From Acidimicrobiales bacterium (GTDB lineage: Bacteria > Actinomycetota > Acidimicrobiia > Acidimicrobiales > VFJN01): a stretch of 64,000 nt of DNA. Below are positions 51,723 through 59,935 of the stretch, in pieces. The notes beneath the pieces were generated by a model. That model saw only the letters and a list, made by a program, of their open reading frames with translations. It had not been told where the DNA came from and ran no database searches. Positions within the stretch are counted from its first letter, which is position 1. Each line of letters begins with the position of its first letter. The DNA lies in contig DASSDL010000166.1 of the NCBI GenBank assembly GCA_035697145.1, forward strand, positions 10,009 to 74,008, given 5' to 3'. The translations under genes and the position numbers were made by a program.

Positions 51723-52304
51723 CTATGCCCCGGCCATCGACCGGACCAGCGCATGCTCGACGAGCGTGACGAGCACGGGCACGACCGAGCGGCGCTCGCG
51801 GGCGTCGCAGGCCACCAGCGGAACGTCCGCGGCCAGGGCCAACGCGTCGCGGACCGACGCCAGCGGGTGGCGGGGGGCGTCGTCGAACAGGTTGACGGCG
51901 ACGACGAACGGCACCTGCCGGTCCTCGAAGAAGTCGATCGCCGCGAACCCGTCGGCGATGCGGCGGGTGTCGACCAGCACCACGGCCCCGGCCGCTCCCC
52001 GGGCGATGTCGTCCCACATGAACCAGAACCGATCCTGGCCCGGCGTCCCGAACACGTAGAGGACCATGCCTTCGTCTATGGTCCGGCGCCCGAAGTCGAG
52101 GGCGACGGTGGTGGTGGACTTGCCCCGCACGGCCGACAGGTCGTCGATGCCCACCGACAGGTCCGTCATCGCCGCCTCGGTACTGAGCGCCGCGATCTCG
52201 GAGGCGGCCCCGACGAACGTGGTCTTGCCGGCGCCGAAGCCGCCTGCGATCACGATCTTCACCGGGATCGGTGCGTCCACGGCGGGGCCCGGTTGTGCGC
52301 TCAT
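51723..52304 (-). CDS. cvnD: conservon GTPase (CvnD-type Ras-like ATP/GTP-binding protein)
   Basis: 'KIVIAGGFGAGKTTFV' (P-loop), 'FGTPGQDRF' and 'VAVNLFD'. The start overlaps the cvnC stop (ATGA). Confidence 0.85.
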   Translation of the reverse strand: MSAQPGPAVDAPIPVKIVIAGGFGAGKTTFVGAASEIAALSTEAAMTDLSVGIDDLSAVRGKSTTTVALDFGRRTIDEGMVLYVFGTPGQDRFWFMWDDIARGAAGAVVLVDTRRIADGFAAIDFFEDRQVPFVVAVNLFDDAPRHPLASVRDALALAADVPLVACDARERRSVVPVLVTLVEHALVRSMAGA

Positions 52305-52663
52305 GCCTGGGCCTTCAGGCCGTGGAGGAGGCGCTCCAAGACCTCACGGTGTGGTCGGCCGCTGTCGGTGACGCTGGGCCGGTGAACGGCGAGGTAGCCG
52401 CCCGTGTGCAGGTCGGACACCAGCACCGCCGCCACCCCGAGGGGCACGCTGAGGTGCGCCGCGATCTCGGCCACCGACACCGGGCGGCCACACAGGTCCA
52501 CGATCTGCCCCTGCTCGAAGCGCAGTTGTGGCCGCGCCGCCCGGCCGTCGCTGGTGGCTACGACCATCGTCTCCCAGGGCAGGTCGCGCCCGTCCGGTTG
52601 GGTGCGACCCTGGGTCAGGGCGTAGAAGGGCACCAGCCGGGGGTCGTCGGGAAACGGGTTCAT
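52301..52663 (-). CDS. cvnC: DUF742 protein (CvnC-type)
   Basis: 120 aa. 'RLVPFYALTQGRTQP' and 'SVAEIAAHLSVPLGVAAVLVSDL' (HTH-like) are typical of DUF742. It has ATGA overlaps on both sides. Confidence 0.8.
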   Translation of the reverse strand: MNPFPDDPRLVPFYALTQGRTQPDGRDLPWETMVVATSDGRAARPQLRFEQGQIVDLCGRPVSVAEIAAHLSVPLGVAAVLVSDLHTGGYLAVHRPSVTDSGRPHREVLERLLHGLKAQA

Positions 52664-53079
52664 CGCGGGGGCATGGCCTGGCCGTCGCTCCGCAGCGCGG
52701 GCGTCAGCACCTGCCCGATGCGGGTGACCAACAGGCTCATCTCGTAGCCGATGAGGCCGATGTCACACTCGGTGCCGCACATCAGCGCCAGGGAGGATCC
52801 GTCGCCGATGGTGGTGACGAACAGATAGCCGCGCGTCAGCTCGACGATCACCTGCTGGACCGAGCCGGCGTCCAGGCAACGAGCTGCGCCGGCCGTAAGG
52901 CTGGCGAGCCCCGACGTGACCGCGGCCAGCTGGTCGGCAGTGTCGCGGGCGATCCGGTGAGAGTGGGCGAGGACCAGACCGTCGGTGGTCACGACCAGGG
53001 CGCTGCTAACGCCCGCGATGCGGTCGACGAAGCTGTTGATCAGCCAGTCGAGCTCCCCACCGTCGTGGGCGTTGGTCAC
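52660..53079 (-). CDS. cvnB: roadblock/LC7-domain protein (CvnB-type)
   Basis: 139 aa. 'LDWLINSFVDRIAGVSSALVVTTDGLVLA' fits the family. The GTG start overlaps the cvnA stop (GTGA). Confidence 0.85.
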   Translation of the reverse strand: MTNAHDGGELDWLINSFVDRIAGVSSALVVTTDGLVLAHSHRIARDTADQLAAVTSGLASLTAGAARCLDAGSVQQVIVELTRGYLFVTTIGDGSSLALMCGTECDIGLIGYEMSLLVTRIGQVLTPALRSDGQAMPPR

Positions 53080-55058
53080 GGACCGTCGTCTCCGGGGTCG
53101 GTCTCGAGGTCGATTGGAGGCGCGGCTGCGGCTGCGGCCCGCCCCGCCCGCTGATTCGCCTGGAAGCGCGACAGCATCGAACCGGCCTGCTCGCCGGGCC
53201 GCCAGTCGGCGGGGGTGGTGCCGCCGGCTGCGATCGGGGCCGCCCCGTCGGCGCCGGATGTCTTTCGGAGGGATGGGGCCAAGCTGGCGCCGGGCACCCG
53301 ACGAACGAGGCCATCCGCGGTGACCGGCGACGGGGCGGCAGTGACCGGTGCCGCATCGGGGGTGGCGAACGGCGAGGCGGGCCGCGAGAACGGCGGGGCA
53401 GGTTGCGAGGCCGGCGCGGTGAACGGCGGGGCAGGTTGCGAGGCCGGTGCGGTGAACGGCGGGGGAGGTTGCGAGGCCGGTGCAACGTATGGAGGGACTG
53501 GTTGCGAGGCCGGCGCAACGTATCGGGGGACTGGTTGCGCGACAGGCCCGGCGATGGCGGGCGCAACCGGTGCGGCGACCGCGGCCGCCGTCTGGGGCGC
53601 GAGCGCCGCCCGGGCCAGGTCGTGGTGCTGGACGACCCAGGGGCCGTCGGATCCCACTGCTCCGGCGAACGGGGCACCGGCGTAGGCCGGCGACGTCACT
53701 TCCGGCGGCGGCAGGCGGCGTTCGCTGACGACGTCCTGCGGCAGCGTCACCAGGGCCGTGACCCCGCCGCCCGGCGTATGGGCCAGGCTGACGCGGAGGC
53801 CGAGGCGAAGGGCCAGGCGACCCACGACATGGAAGCCCAACGTCGAGCGTCGGGGATCGACATCCGGTGGGTCTGCTAGCAGCTCGTTGGCCGCGTGCAT
53901 GTGCTCGTCGGATAGGCCGATGCCGACGTCCTCAATGCTGAGCAGGAACGTCCGCCCCTCGCCCGGCACCAGGTGGGTGCGCACCCGGACGCCCGACGTC
54001 GGTGGAGAGAACATGGTGGCGTTCTCGATCAGCTCGGCGAGCAGGTGGGAGAGGTCAGCCACCACTCGCCCCGACACCTCGAGGTAGTCGCTCACCAGCA
54101 CCTCGACCCGCGGATAGTCCTCGACCTCGGCAGCGGCCGCGCGGACCACCTCGGACAGCGGCACCGCCCGTCCCCACAGGCGCGGCGGCTCGTCGCCCGA
54201 CAGCACCAGCAGTGACTCGGCATTGCGCCGGATACGGGTGGCGAGGTGGTCGAGCTGGAACAGGTCGGACAGGGCGTCGGGCGTGTTCTCCTGTTGCTCG
54301 AGCTCGGAGATGAGCGCCAGCTGCCGGTCGAGCAGCGACTGGTTGCGCCGGGCGAGGTTGACGAACAGCTCGGAGATCGACTGCCGCTGGGCCGCCTGGG
54401 CCTGGACCGCCGCCAGTTCCGACTCCGCCAGGTCGGAGGCCAGACGGTTGCTGCGGTGCTGCTCGAGCTCGGTGTTCTTCCAGAAGATGATGACGCCGAT
54501 GCAGGCGGCGAGCACGGCGACGCCGTGCACGACCGACCAGCTCCACGGGCGGTTCTGGGCGGCGCTGTGGTTGAACATGAGGTCGGCCGCGATGGTGCTG
54601 CCGAGCCCGTGGGACAGGACCGTGAACACCACGTTCCACAGGAACGGCACCCAGTCCTGGTAGAGGGCGATGAGTCCGATGAGGATGAAGAAGTGGAAGT
54701 GCGCCTCGATCGTGCCGCCGGACAGGTGGACCAGCACGGACGAGCAGAAGACCAGCCCCGCCGTGACGAAGAACGCCGCCAGCCGCCGGTTGCGTGCCAG
54801 CCGGGCGAGGACCAGGCAGGCGGCGGGCGGTGCGATCTCGAGGGCCGAATGGGACACGCCGTAGCCCCGCCACACCCCGAAGGCGAACAACGCCGGCAGG
54901 TGCAACCCGAGGATCCAGCACATCAGCAGGTGACGTCGACGGAACGTCTCGTCGTCGAGCGTGTTCCCCCGCGGCAGGTAATCCATCATGGTGCGGAAGG
55001 CCCGCCGGATCGGGCCCCGCCGGCGGCCCTTCTCCGTCAGCGACGACCTGAGATGCAT
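53076..55058 (-). CDS. cvnA: conservon sensor histidine-kinase-like protein (CvnA-type) with a polytopic His-rich membrane N-domain and a Pro-rich repeat tail
   Basis: The kinase-like core is 'ELFVNLARRNQSLLDRQL...LFQLDHLATRIRRNAESLLVLSG' plus the HATPase 'LLAELIENATMFSP...LSIEDVGIGL'. The N-terminus has about 6 TM helices with 'GGTIEAHFHFFILIGLIALYQDW'. I chose ATG 55058 because GC3 drops upstream. ATG 55187 is an alternative. Confidence 0.8.
   Translation of the reverse strand: MHLRSSLTEKGRRRGPIRRAFRTMMDYLPRGNTLDDETFRRRHLLMCWILGLHLPALFAFGVWRGYGVSHSALEIAPPAACLVLARLARNRRLAAFFVTAGLVFCSSVLVHLSGGTIEAHFHFFILIGLIALYQDWVPFLWNVVFTVLSHGLGSTIAADLMFNHSAAQNRPWSWSVVHGVAVLAACIGVIIFWKNTELEQHRSNRLASDLAESELAAVQAQAAQRQSISELFVNLARRNQSLLDRQLALISELEQQENTPDALSDLFQLDHLATRIRRNAESLLVLSGDEPPRLWGRAVPLSEVVRAAAAEVEDYPRVEVLVSDYLEVSGRVVADLSHLLAELIENATMFSPPTSGVRVRTHLVPGEGRTFLLSIEDVGIGLSDEHMHAANELLADPPDVDPRRSTLGFHVVGRLALRLGLRVSLAHTPGGGVTALVTLPQDVVSERRLPPPEVTSPAYAGAPFAGAVGSDGPWVVQHHDLARAALAPQTAAAVAAPVAPAIAGPVAQPVPRYVAPASQPVPPYVAPASQPPPPFTAPASQPAPPFTAPASQPAPPFSRPASPFATPDAAPVTAAPSPVTADGLVRRVPGASLAPSLRKTSGADGAAPIAAGGTTPADWRPGEQAGSMLSRFQANQRAGRAAAAAAPPIDLETDPGDDGP
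53381..53545 (-). repeat. about 4.5 tandem copies of a 33-bp coding repeat inside cvnA
   Basis: Read directly: the units start at 53401, 53434, 53467 and 53500 (GGTTGCGAGGCCGG...). They encode 'APASQP(A/V/P)PP(F/Y)(T/V)' 11-mers in the C-terminal tail. Confidence 0.85.
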
Positions 55059-55391
55059 GGGCGTGCCCCGGGCGTCGCGGCCGTCATCGCGAGCGTCGGA
55101 GAGGGTGGTACCAGAACCACGCGAACCATTGGTGTGACCGCTGTGCCGTACTGGACCAGCCGGATCGCCCCAGACCCGATCCCTCATAGGGTCCCAATTC
55201 TTAACACAACAGGTGGGCGGAGCCTCCATCTCCAAGCACGTTCAGCGTTCCTCCCGAGGTTCTAGCTGGGCATTCGCACACTCGTTCCCATTGATGCGCT
55301 GGGTTCGCTACGAATCGTGGTGATGGCAGTACGATGTCGCTTAGATTGCGGACGCGGGGTCGGCCATGGGCGGCGTCGTAGTGTCGGCGGC

Positions 55392-56663
55392 ATGGGCCAC
55401 GGCGCACTCGACGTTGCGGACAAGCTCTGGGCCGGCGATATCTCGGTGGAACAGGTGCATCCCGTGGCGGTCAACAGCGACCTCGACGAGGTCGCGCCCG
55501 GCGTCGCCTTCATCACGGCGTTCGGCAACGTGACGGGCGTCGTCGCCGACGGGGCATTGGTGCTCGTGGATACCGGGAGCCAGTTCCTGGCCCGGGCCAA
55601 CTTCGACAAGATGCGCGCCTGGACGAGCCTGCCGCTGGCGGCGGCGCTTTACACCCACGGGCACATCGATCACGTCTTCGGGCTCGGGCCCTACGAAGAC
55701 GAGGCCCAAGCCGCCGGTCGTGCCCGGCCTCGCGTCGTGGCCCACGAGCTGGTGTCGGCCCGATTCGACCGGTATCGGCTCACCGCCGGTTACAACGCGG
55801 TGATCAACGCCCGGCAGTTCAAGATCCCGGGCCTGCAGTGGCCCACGGAGTACCGCTACCCCGACGAAACCTACGTCCAGCGGCACGACGTGGAGGCGGG
55901 CGGCGAGCGCTTCGAGTTGCACCATGGCCGGGGCGAGACCGATGACCACACGTGGATCTGGATGGCCGAGCGCCGCGCGGTCTGCACCGGCGATCTGTTC
56001 ATCTGGGCATCGCCCAACTGTGGGAATCCCCAGAAGGTGCAGCGCTACCCGCGGGACTGGGCGGTCGCGCTGCGGGAGATGGTGGCGCTCGAGCCGGAGC
56101 TGCTGCTCCCGGGCCACGGCTGGCCCATCGCGGGTGCCGAGCGCGTCCGCCGGGCGCTCACCGACACCGCCGATCTGTTGGACAGCCTGGTGGATCAGAC
56201 GCTCGACCTCATGAACGCGGGCGCCCGGCTCGACGACATCGTGCACACGGTGCGGGCGCCGGCCGATCTCCTGGACCGCCCCTACCTGCGGCCCGTGTAC
56301 GACGAGCCGGAGTTCGTGGTGCGGACGGTGTGGCGCCTCTACGGCGGCTGGTACGACGGCAACCCGGCCCACCTGAAGCCGGCCCCGGAGGGCGAGCTGG
56401 CCCGGGAACTGGCAGCCCTGGTGGGCGGCGCGGCGCGGTTGGCCGACCGCGCGGGGGAGCTGGCGGCGGCCGGTGAACTACGCCTGGCGGGGCACCTGGC
56501 CGAGCTGGCCGCCCAGGCGGCGCCCGACGACGCGGGCGTCCACCGGGTGCGGGCCGAAGTGTTCAGCGCCCGGTCGGCGGAGGAGCTGTCGACGATGTCG
56601 AAGGGCGTGTTCTCGTGGGCCGCCGACGAGTCCCAGGCCCGCCTCGCCGAGATGGGCGACTGA
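55392..56663 (+). CDS. MBL-fold hydrolase of the alkyl/aryl-sulfatase-like type (with dimerisation domain)
   Basis: 'VLVDTGSQ', 'LYTHGHIDHVFG', 'GETDDHTWIWMAERRAVCTGDLFIW..PN.GNPQKVQRY' and 'LLPGHGWPI', followed by a helical C-terminal domain. The start ATG 55392 is uncertain. Confidence 0.75.
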   Translation: MGHGALDVADKLWAGDISVEQVHPVAVNSDLDEVAPGVAFITAFGNVTGVVADGALVLVDTGSQFLARANFDKMRAWTSLPLAAALYTHGHIDHVFGLGPYEDEAQAAGRARPRVVAHELVSARFDRYRLTAGYNAVINARQFKIPGLQWPTEYRYPDETYVQRHDVEAGGERFELHHGRGETDDHTWIWMAERRAVCTGDLFIWASPNCGNPQKVQRYPRDWAVALREMVALEPELLLPGHGWPIAGAERVRRALTDTADLLDSLVDQTLDLMNAGARLDDIVHTVRAPADLLDRPYLRPVYDEPEFVVRTVWRLYGGWYDGNPAHLKPAPEGELARELAALVGGAARLADRAGELAAAGELRLAGHLAELAAQAAPDDAGVHRVRAEVFSARSAEELSTMSKGVFSWAADESQARLAEMGD

Positions 56664-56714
56664 CCTCCGCTCGGGCGCTGATTTCTTACGGCTCCGCATG
56701 AAGACGGCGCTGGT

Positions 56715-57416
56715 TCAGTCAGAGGCGAGCGCCGCCGCCTCCCGCAGGTGGGCCGTCAACTCATCCAGCGACGTGCGGGCGTTGAGCCCGCTGGTCGACG
56801 GCATGACGTATACGGGAACGTCGCCGAGGCCCCGGGATTGCGGGCCTGGTCGCGCCTGCTTGTCGACGGCAGCGCGCCATCCCGCCAACCCGACGAAGCA
56901 GACGGCGCCCGGTCGGAGCCAGCGCACCAACCGCTCGACGCGGGTCAGGCCCCCGCGGTACTCGGCGGTCGTCAGCTCGTCGGCGGCCACCGTGGCCCGC
57001 TTGACGAGGTCGGTCATCCCGATGCCGCGATGCCGGAGCGCGTGGTCGGGATCGCGGTCGACCGCCACGAGCCCCGCCGCCAGCGCCGCCGGCCAGAACC
57101 GGTTGCCGGGGCGGGCGAAGCCCGCGCCGGCGTCGGCCGCGTAGAGGCTCGGGTTGAGCCCGCAGATGAGCAGGCGCATGCCGGGGCCGACGGTGTCGGG
57201 GAGCGTCCGGGCCCGGCGCGCGCGGATCACCAAAGCATCGGGCCCGGCGCCGGCGCCTGCGGCCAGGGGGCTCCGTTCGTCGACCTCGAAGCCGGCGCCG
57301 ACCAGCAGGTCGTCGCGCCGCTCCGGCTGCCACGAGGCCCTGAGATCGAGCACGCCGCCCACCGGCAGCGCCCGGTGGAGCCCGGCGAGCGCCTGCGGCA
57401 GCCGCTCGGGGGTCAA
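56715..57416 (-). CDS. mug: G/U mismatch-specific DNA glycosylase (Mug/TDG family) with a 60-aa N-terminal extension resembling a methyltransferase C-terminus
   Basis: 'GMRLLICGLNPSLYAADAGAGFARPGNRFWPA' and 'VMPSTSGLN' parallel E. coli Mug. High GC3 continues up to TTG 57416, which overlaps the upstream stop (TTGA). GTG 57230 would give a canonical Mug of about 171 aa. Confidence 0.65.
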   Translation of the reverse strand: MTPERLPQALAGLHRALPVGGVLDLRASWQPERRDDLLVGAGFEVDERSPLAAGAGAGPDALVIRARRARTLPDTVGPGMRLLICGLNPSLYAADAGAGFARPGNRFWPAALAAGLVAVDRDPDHALRHRGIGMTDLVKRATVAADELTTAEYRGGLTRVERLVRWLRPGAVCFVGLAGWRAAVDKQARPGPQSRGLGDVPVYVMPSTSGLNARTSLDELTAHLREAAALASD

Positions 57417-59893
57417 TTCCGGGGCTTGCCGGCGTCGGGCTTGGTGTAGTCGCAGACGCCGTCGGGGAAGATCTGCTCGAGCCTGGCCTTCTCGGCGGCG
57501 CTCGGCCGCCAATCGCCGTACAGGCCCTTGCGGATCGCCCGGTCAACCGACTGCACCTGGCACTTCCACACGCCGCCCTCGAACGGCCCACCGGCCTGCC
57601 GGCGCGACGACGAGTAGATCGGGAAGTGCTGGGAACAGGCGCCGTCCGGGCGACCGTCGAGCACGCCGTCCCAGACGCGCCGGCCCGACGCGATGAGGTT
57701 GCCGTTGGTGTCGAAGCAGGAGTCCACCGCTCGCTCCGGCTTGTTGCGGGCAACGCTGCGCTCGGGGTGAGCGGCGATGTTGGCCATCCACTCGTCGATC
57801 ACCTCGAACGCCATCGGCGTCTGGTCGAACGCCCGGGCGGGCCGGGCATCGGTGAACCAGATGACCTGGTTGGACGCATCGCCGTCGGCGTTCAGCATGC
57901 GCTGGCGGGAGGCAAAGGACTGGTGCGAGTGGTGCATGTCCAGCTCGTCCTCCAGGTAGTGACGCCAGTCGATGATCGGGATGTCGATGTCGCCCTGGAA
58001 CTCCATGCCCGACGTGTAGGCGGCCCGCATCGCGTCCGGGTTGCCCTCGCGCCGGGGTGCCGGCGTCGTACCGCCGTCGGCGCTGAGGTTCATGTTGCGG
58101 GAGCTCCACGGGTCGAAGTTCTGGGGGCTGAACGCCCCCTGGAACGGGAAGCCCTCGGGCACCATCTCCGCAGTGTTCCTCCAGCTCCCAACCTGCGCGT
58201 TCAGGTCGAGGAAGTCGGCGGGCGCGATCACACCGTCGACCAACGCCCCCAGGCCGTACTGCACGCCCACGTTGTCCCACGGCACCCGGGCGAACCCGTC
58301 GGCGCCCCGTCCGTAGATGTTCACCGTGTCGCCCCAGTGGGTCCACTCGACCCCGGCGGTGCCCTGGGCCAGCTTGTCGATGTCGTGGACGTTGGTGAAC
58401 GTCGGGTTGAGCGTCAACGGGGTGAGCCCGAACCAGCTCGCCCGGCATTCGGTGAGTGCGGGGGCCGGCGAGGCGGGATCCCGGTCCATGACCTGGTAGC
58501 CGAGGAGGCCGTACAGGCCGTACAGGCCGTTCCACTGGTCGATCTCGCCCTGGGACATGTTCTTGGGGGAGTTGGTGGCGTTGAGCCCCATGACCGCCTG
58601 GCGCACCTCCGGGTCCTTCCAGCGCGGGTTGGCGCGCCCGCTGACGTCGAAGTAGTGCTCCAGAAGCTCGCAGTCGCCGACGTGGATCGTCTGGGTGACC
58701 ATGTCGGAGTACGAGTACTGGGGGATGGCGGCGTCGATCAGCCCCGGATGGTTCTGGGCATAGACGTACTGCTGGATGGCGCCACCCGATCCGCCCACCG
58801 CCACCGTGTAGTCGGGCACGCCGTGCGCCTCGACGGTGTGCTCCTTCAGCATGAGCGCGGCCTCGCCCCCGACCTGGAGGTTGTAGTGGGTGCTGGTGCG
58901 GGTGCCGCTCGACCACATCACGCCGTAGCCCTTGCCGAGCAGGTCGGTGGGCAGCATCGAGCCGGTGCTGGTGGTGCCCTGGAAGTGGCCGATGCCGACG
59001 CCCCCGTCGAAGCTGAAGACCAACCGGCGGTTCCAAAGCGAGTCGTCGGGCGCGGCGGGATCCGCCTCGCCGGCGGGGGCCAGCATGGCGACGCTGTAGA
59101 TGAAGCGGTTTATGGTGCCCCGCTCCCAGCGGACGATGAACGGCGCCGTCTGCCCGTCGAGCGTCGTGACGGTGGCGATGTCGGCGGGCAGCGCTCCTGC
59201 CGGATCGTCGAGCCAGCGGAACTGCCCGCCAGTGGTGCCGTACACGTAGCCGATGCGCGTATCGGCGGCACAGTCCTTGCTCCAGCCGACGATCTGCGCC
59301 TCGGCGGTCGGGTAGCCGCGGCCGTCCTGCGGGTACCCGCCCTGCGCGTCCTCGGCGGCGACGGGAATGCCGATCCGATCCTGGTTGTCGACCAGCGGCT
59401 GGTCCAGCAAAGGCCGGCCGTCGAAGCGGGCGCGGGCGGTGGTGCAGACGAACGGCTGCTGCTGCGGGCCAGAGAAGATCGGGCCGCCGACGGGATGGTT
59501 GGTCAGCGTGAGGCGGGCGTCGGGGACGCGGCCCTTGCCCCGTCCGGCGCTGACCGTCAGGGTGTTGTCGCCGTCCTGGAGCCCTTCGACCAGCCCGACC
59601 AGTGTGTGGTCGTCGTCGCCGGCGCCGAAGGCGTCGGTGATCTCGGTACCGCCGAGCCTGATGATCACGTCGTCGGGCGCCACCTCGCGCGGCACCGCGA
59701 CCTGCACCAGGGCATCCCCACCGGACACCTGATCGGCGCGTCCCGACAGCACCGTGATCTCGAAACGATTCGGGTTGTCGCGCTCGGCTGCCGTCGCCGA
59801 CTCGGTCGTCGCACCGGCCGGCACCACCGTGTTGGCGGCGACGGCGATCACCAAGGCTGCGAGCGCGGGTGCGCTTGCCCTGAGTCCCCGCAT
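57413..59893 (-). CDS. secreted large alpha/beta-hydrolase-like protein (DUF6351 / tannase-feruloyl-esterase-like; name from memory)
   Basis: 826 aa. It has the signal peptide 'ALAALVIAVAANTVVPAGA' and the nucleophile-elbow-like 'VAVGGSGGAIQQ'. The Cys-rich C-terminus ends 'FPDGVCDYTKPD'. GGGGGAGAG lies upstream of the ATG. Confidence 0.65.
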   Translation of the reverse strand: MRGLRASAPALAALVIAVAANTVVPAGATTESATAAERDNPNRFEITVLSGRADQVSGGDALVQVAVPREVAPDDVIIRLGGTEITDAFGAGDDDHTLVGLVEGLQDGDNTLTVSAGRGKGRVPDARLTLTNHPVGGPIFSGPQQQPFVCTTARARFDGRPLLDQPLVDNQDRIGIPVAAEDAQGGYPQDGRGYPTAEAQIVGWSKDCAADTRIGYVYGTTGGQFRWLDDPAGALPADIATVTTLDGQTAPFIVRWERGTINRFIYSVAMLAPAGEADPAAPDDSLWNRRLVFSFDGGVGIGHFQGTTSTGSMLPTDLLGKGYGVMWSSGTRTSTHYNLQVGGEAALMLKEHTVEAHGVPDYTVAVGGSGGAIQQYVYAQNHPGLIDAAIPQYSYSDMVTQTIHVGDCELLEHYFDVSGRANPRWKDPEVRQAVMGLNATNSPKNMSQGEIDQWNGLYGLYGLLGYQVMDRDPASPAPALTECRASWFGLTPLTLNPTFTNVHDIDKLAQGTAGVEWTHWGDTVNIYGRGADGFARVPWDNVGVQYGLGALVDGVIAPADFLDLNAQVGSWRNTAEMVPEGFPFQGAFSPQNFDPWSSRNMNLSADGGTTPAPRREGNPDAMRAAYTSGMEFQGDIDIPIIDWRHYLEDELDMHHSHQSFASRQRMLNADGDASNQVIWFTDARPARAFDQTPMAFEVIDEWMANIAAHPERSVARNKPERAVDSCFDTNGNLIASGRRVWDGVLDGRPDGACSQHFPIYSSSRRQAGGPFEGGVWKCQVQSVDRAIRKGLYGDWRPSAAEKARLEQIFPDGVCDYTKPDAGKPRN

Positions 59894-59935
59894 CTGCTCT
59901 CCCCCTACTGACGGATGCGTCAGAAAGCGACGGTA

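Noticed and set aside
53381-53545. A CRISPR-like array.
   Set aside because: The 33-bp units are contiguous with no spacers. They lie in frame inside cvnA and encode Pro-rich peptide repeats. No cas genes are present in the window.
55294-55323. A 9-codon Trp-containing mini-ORF (MRWVRYESW*), considered as a leader peptide upstream of the MBL/sulfatase-like gene.
   Set aside because: It has no RBS and no attenuator-like alternative hairpins. An ORF this short is expected by chance.
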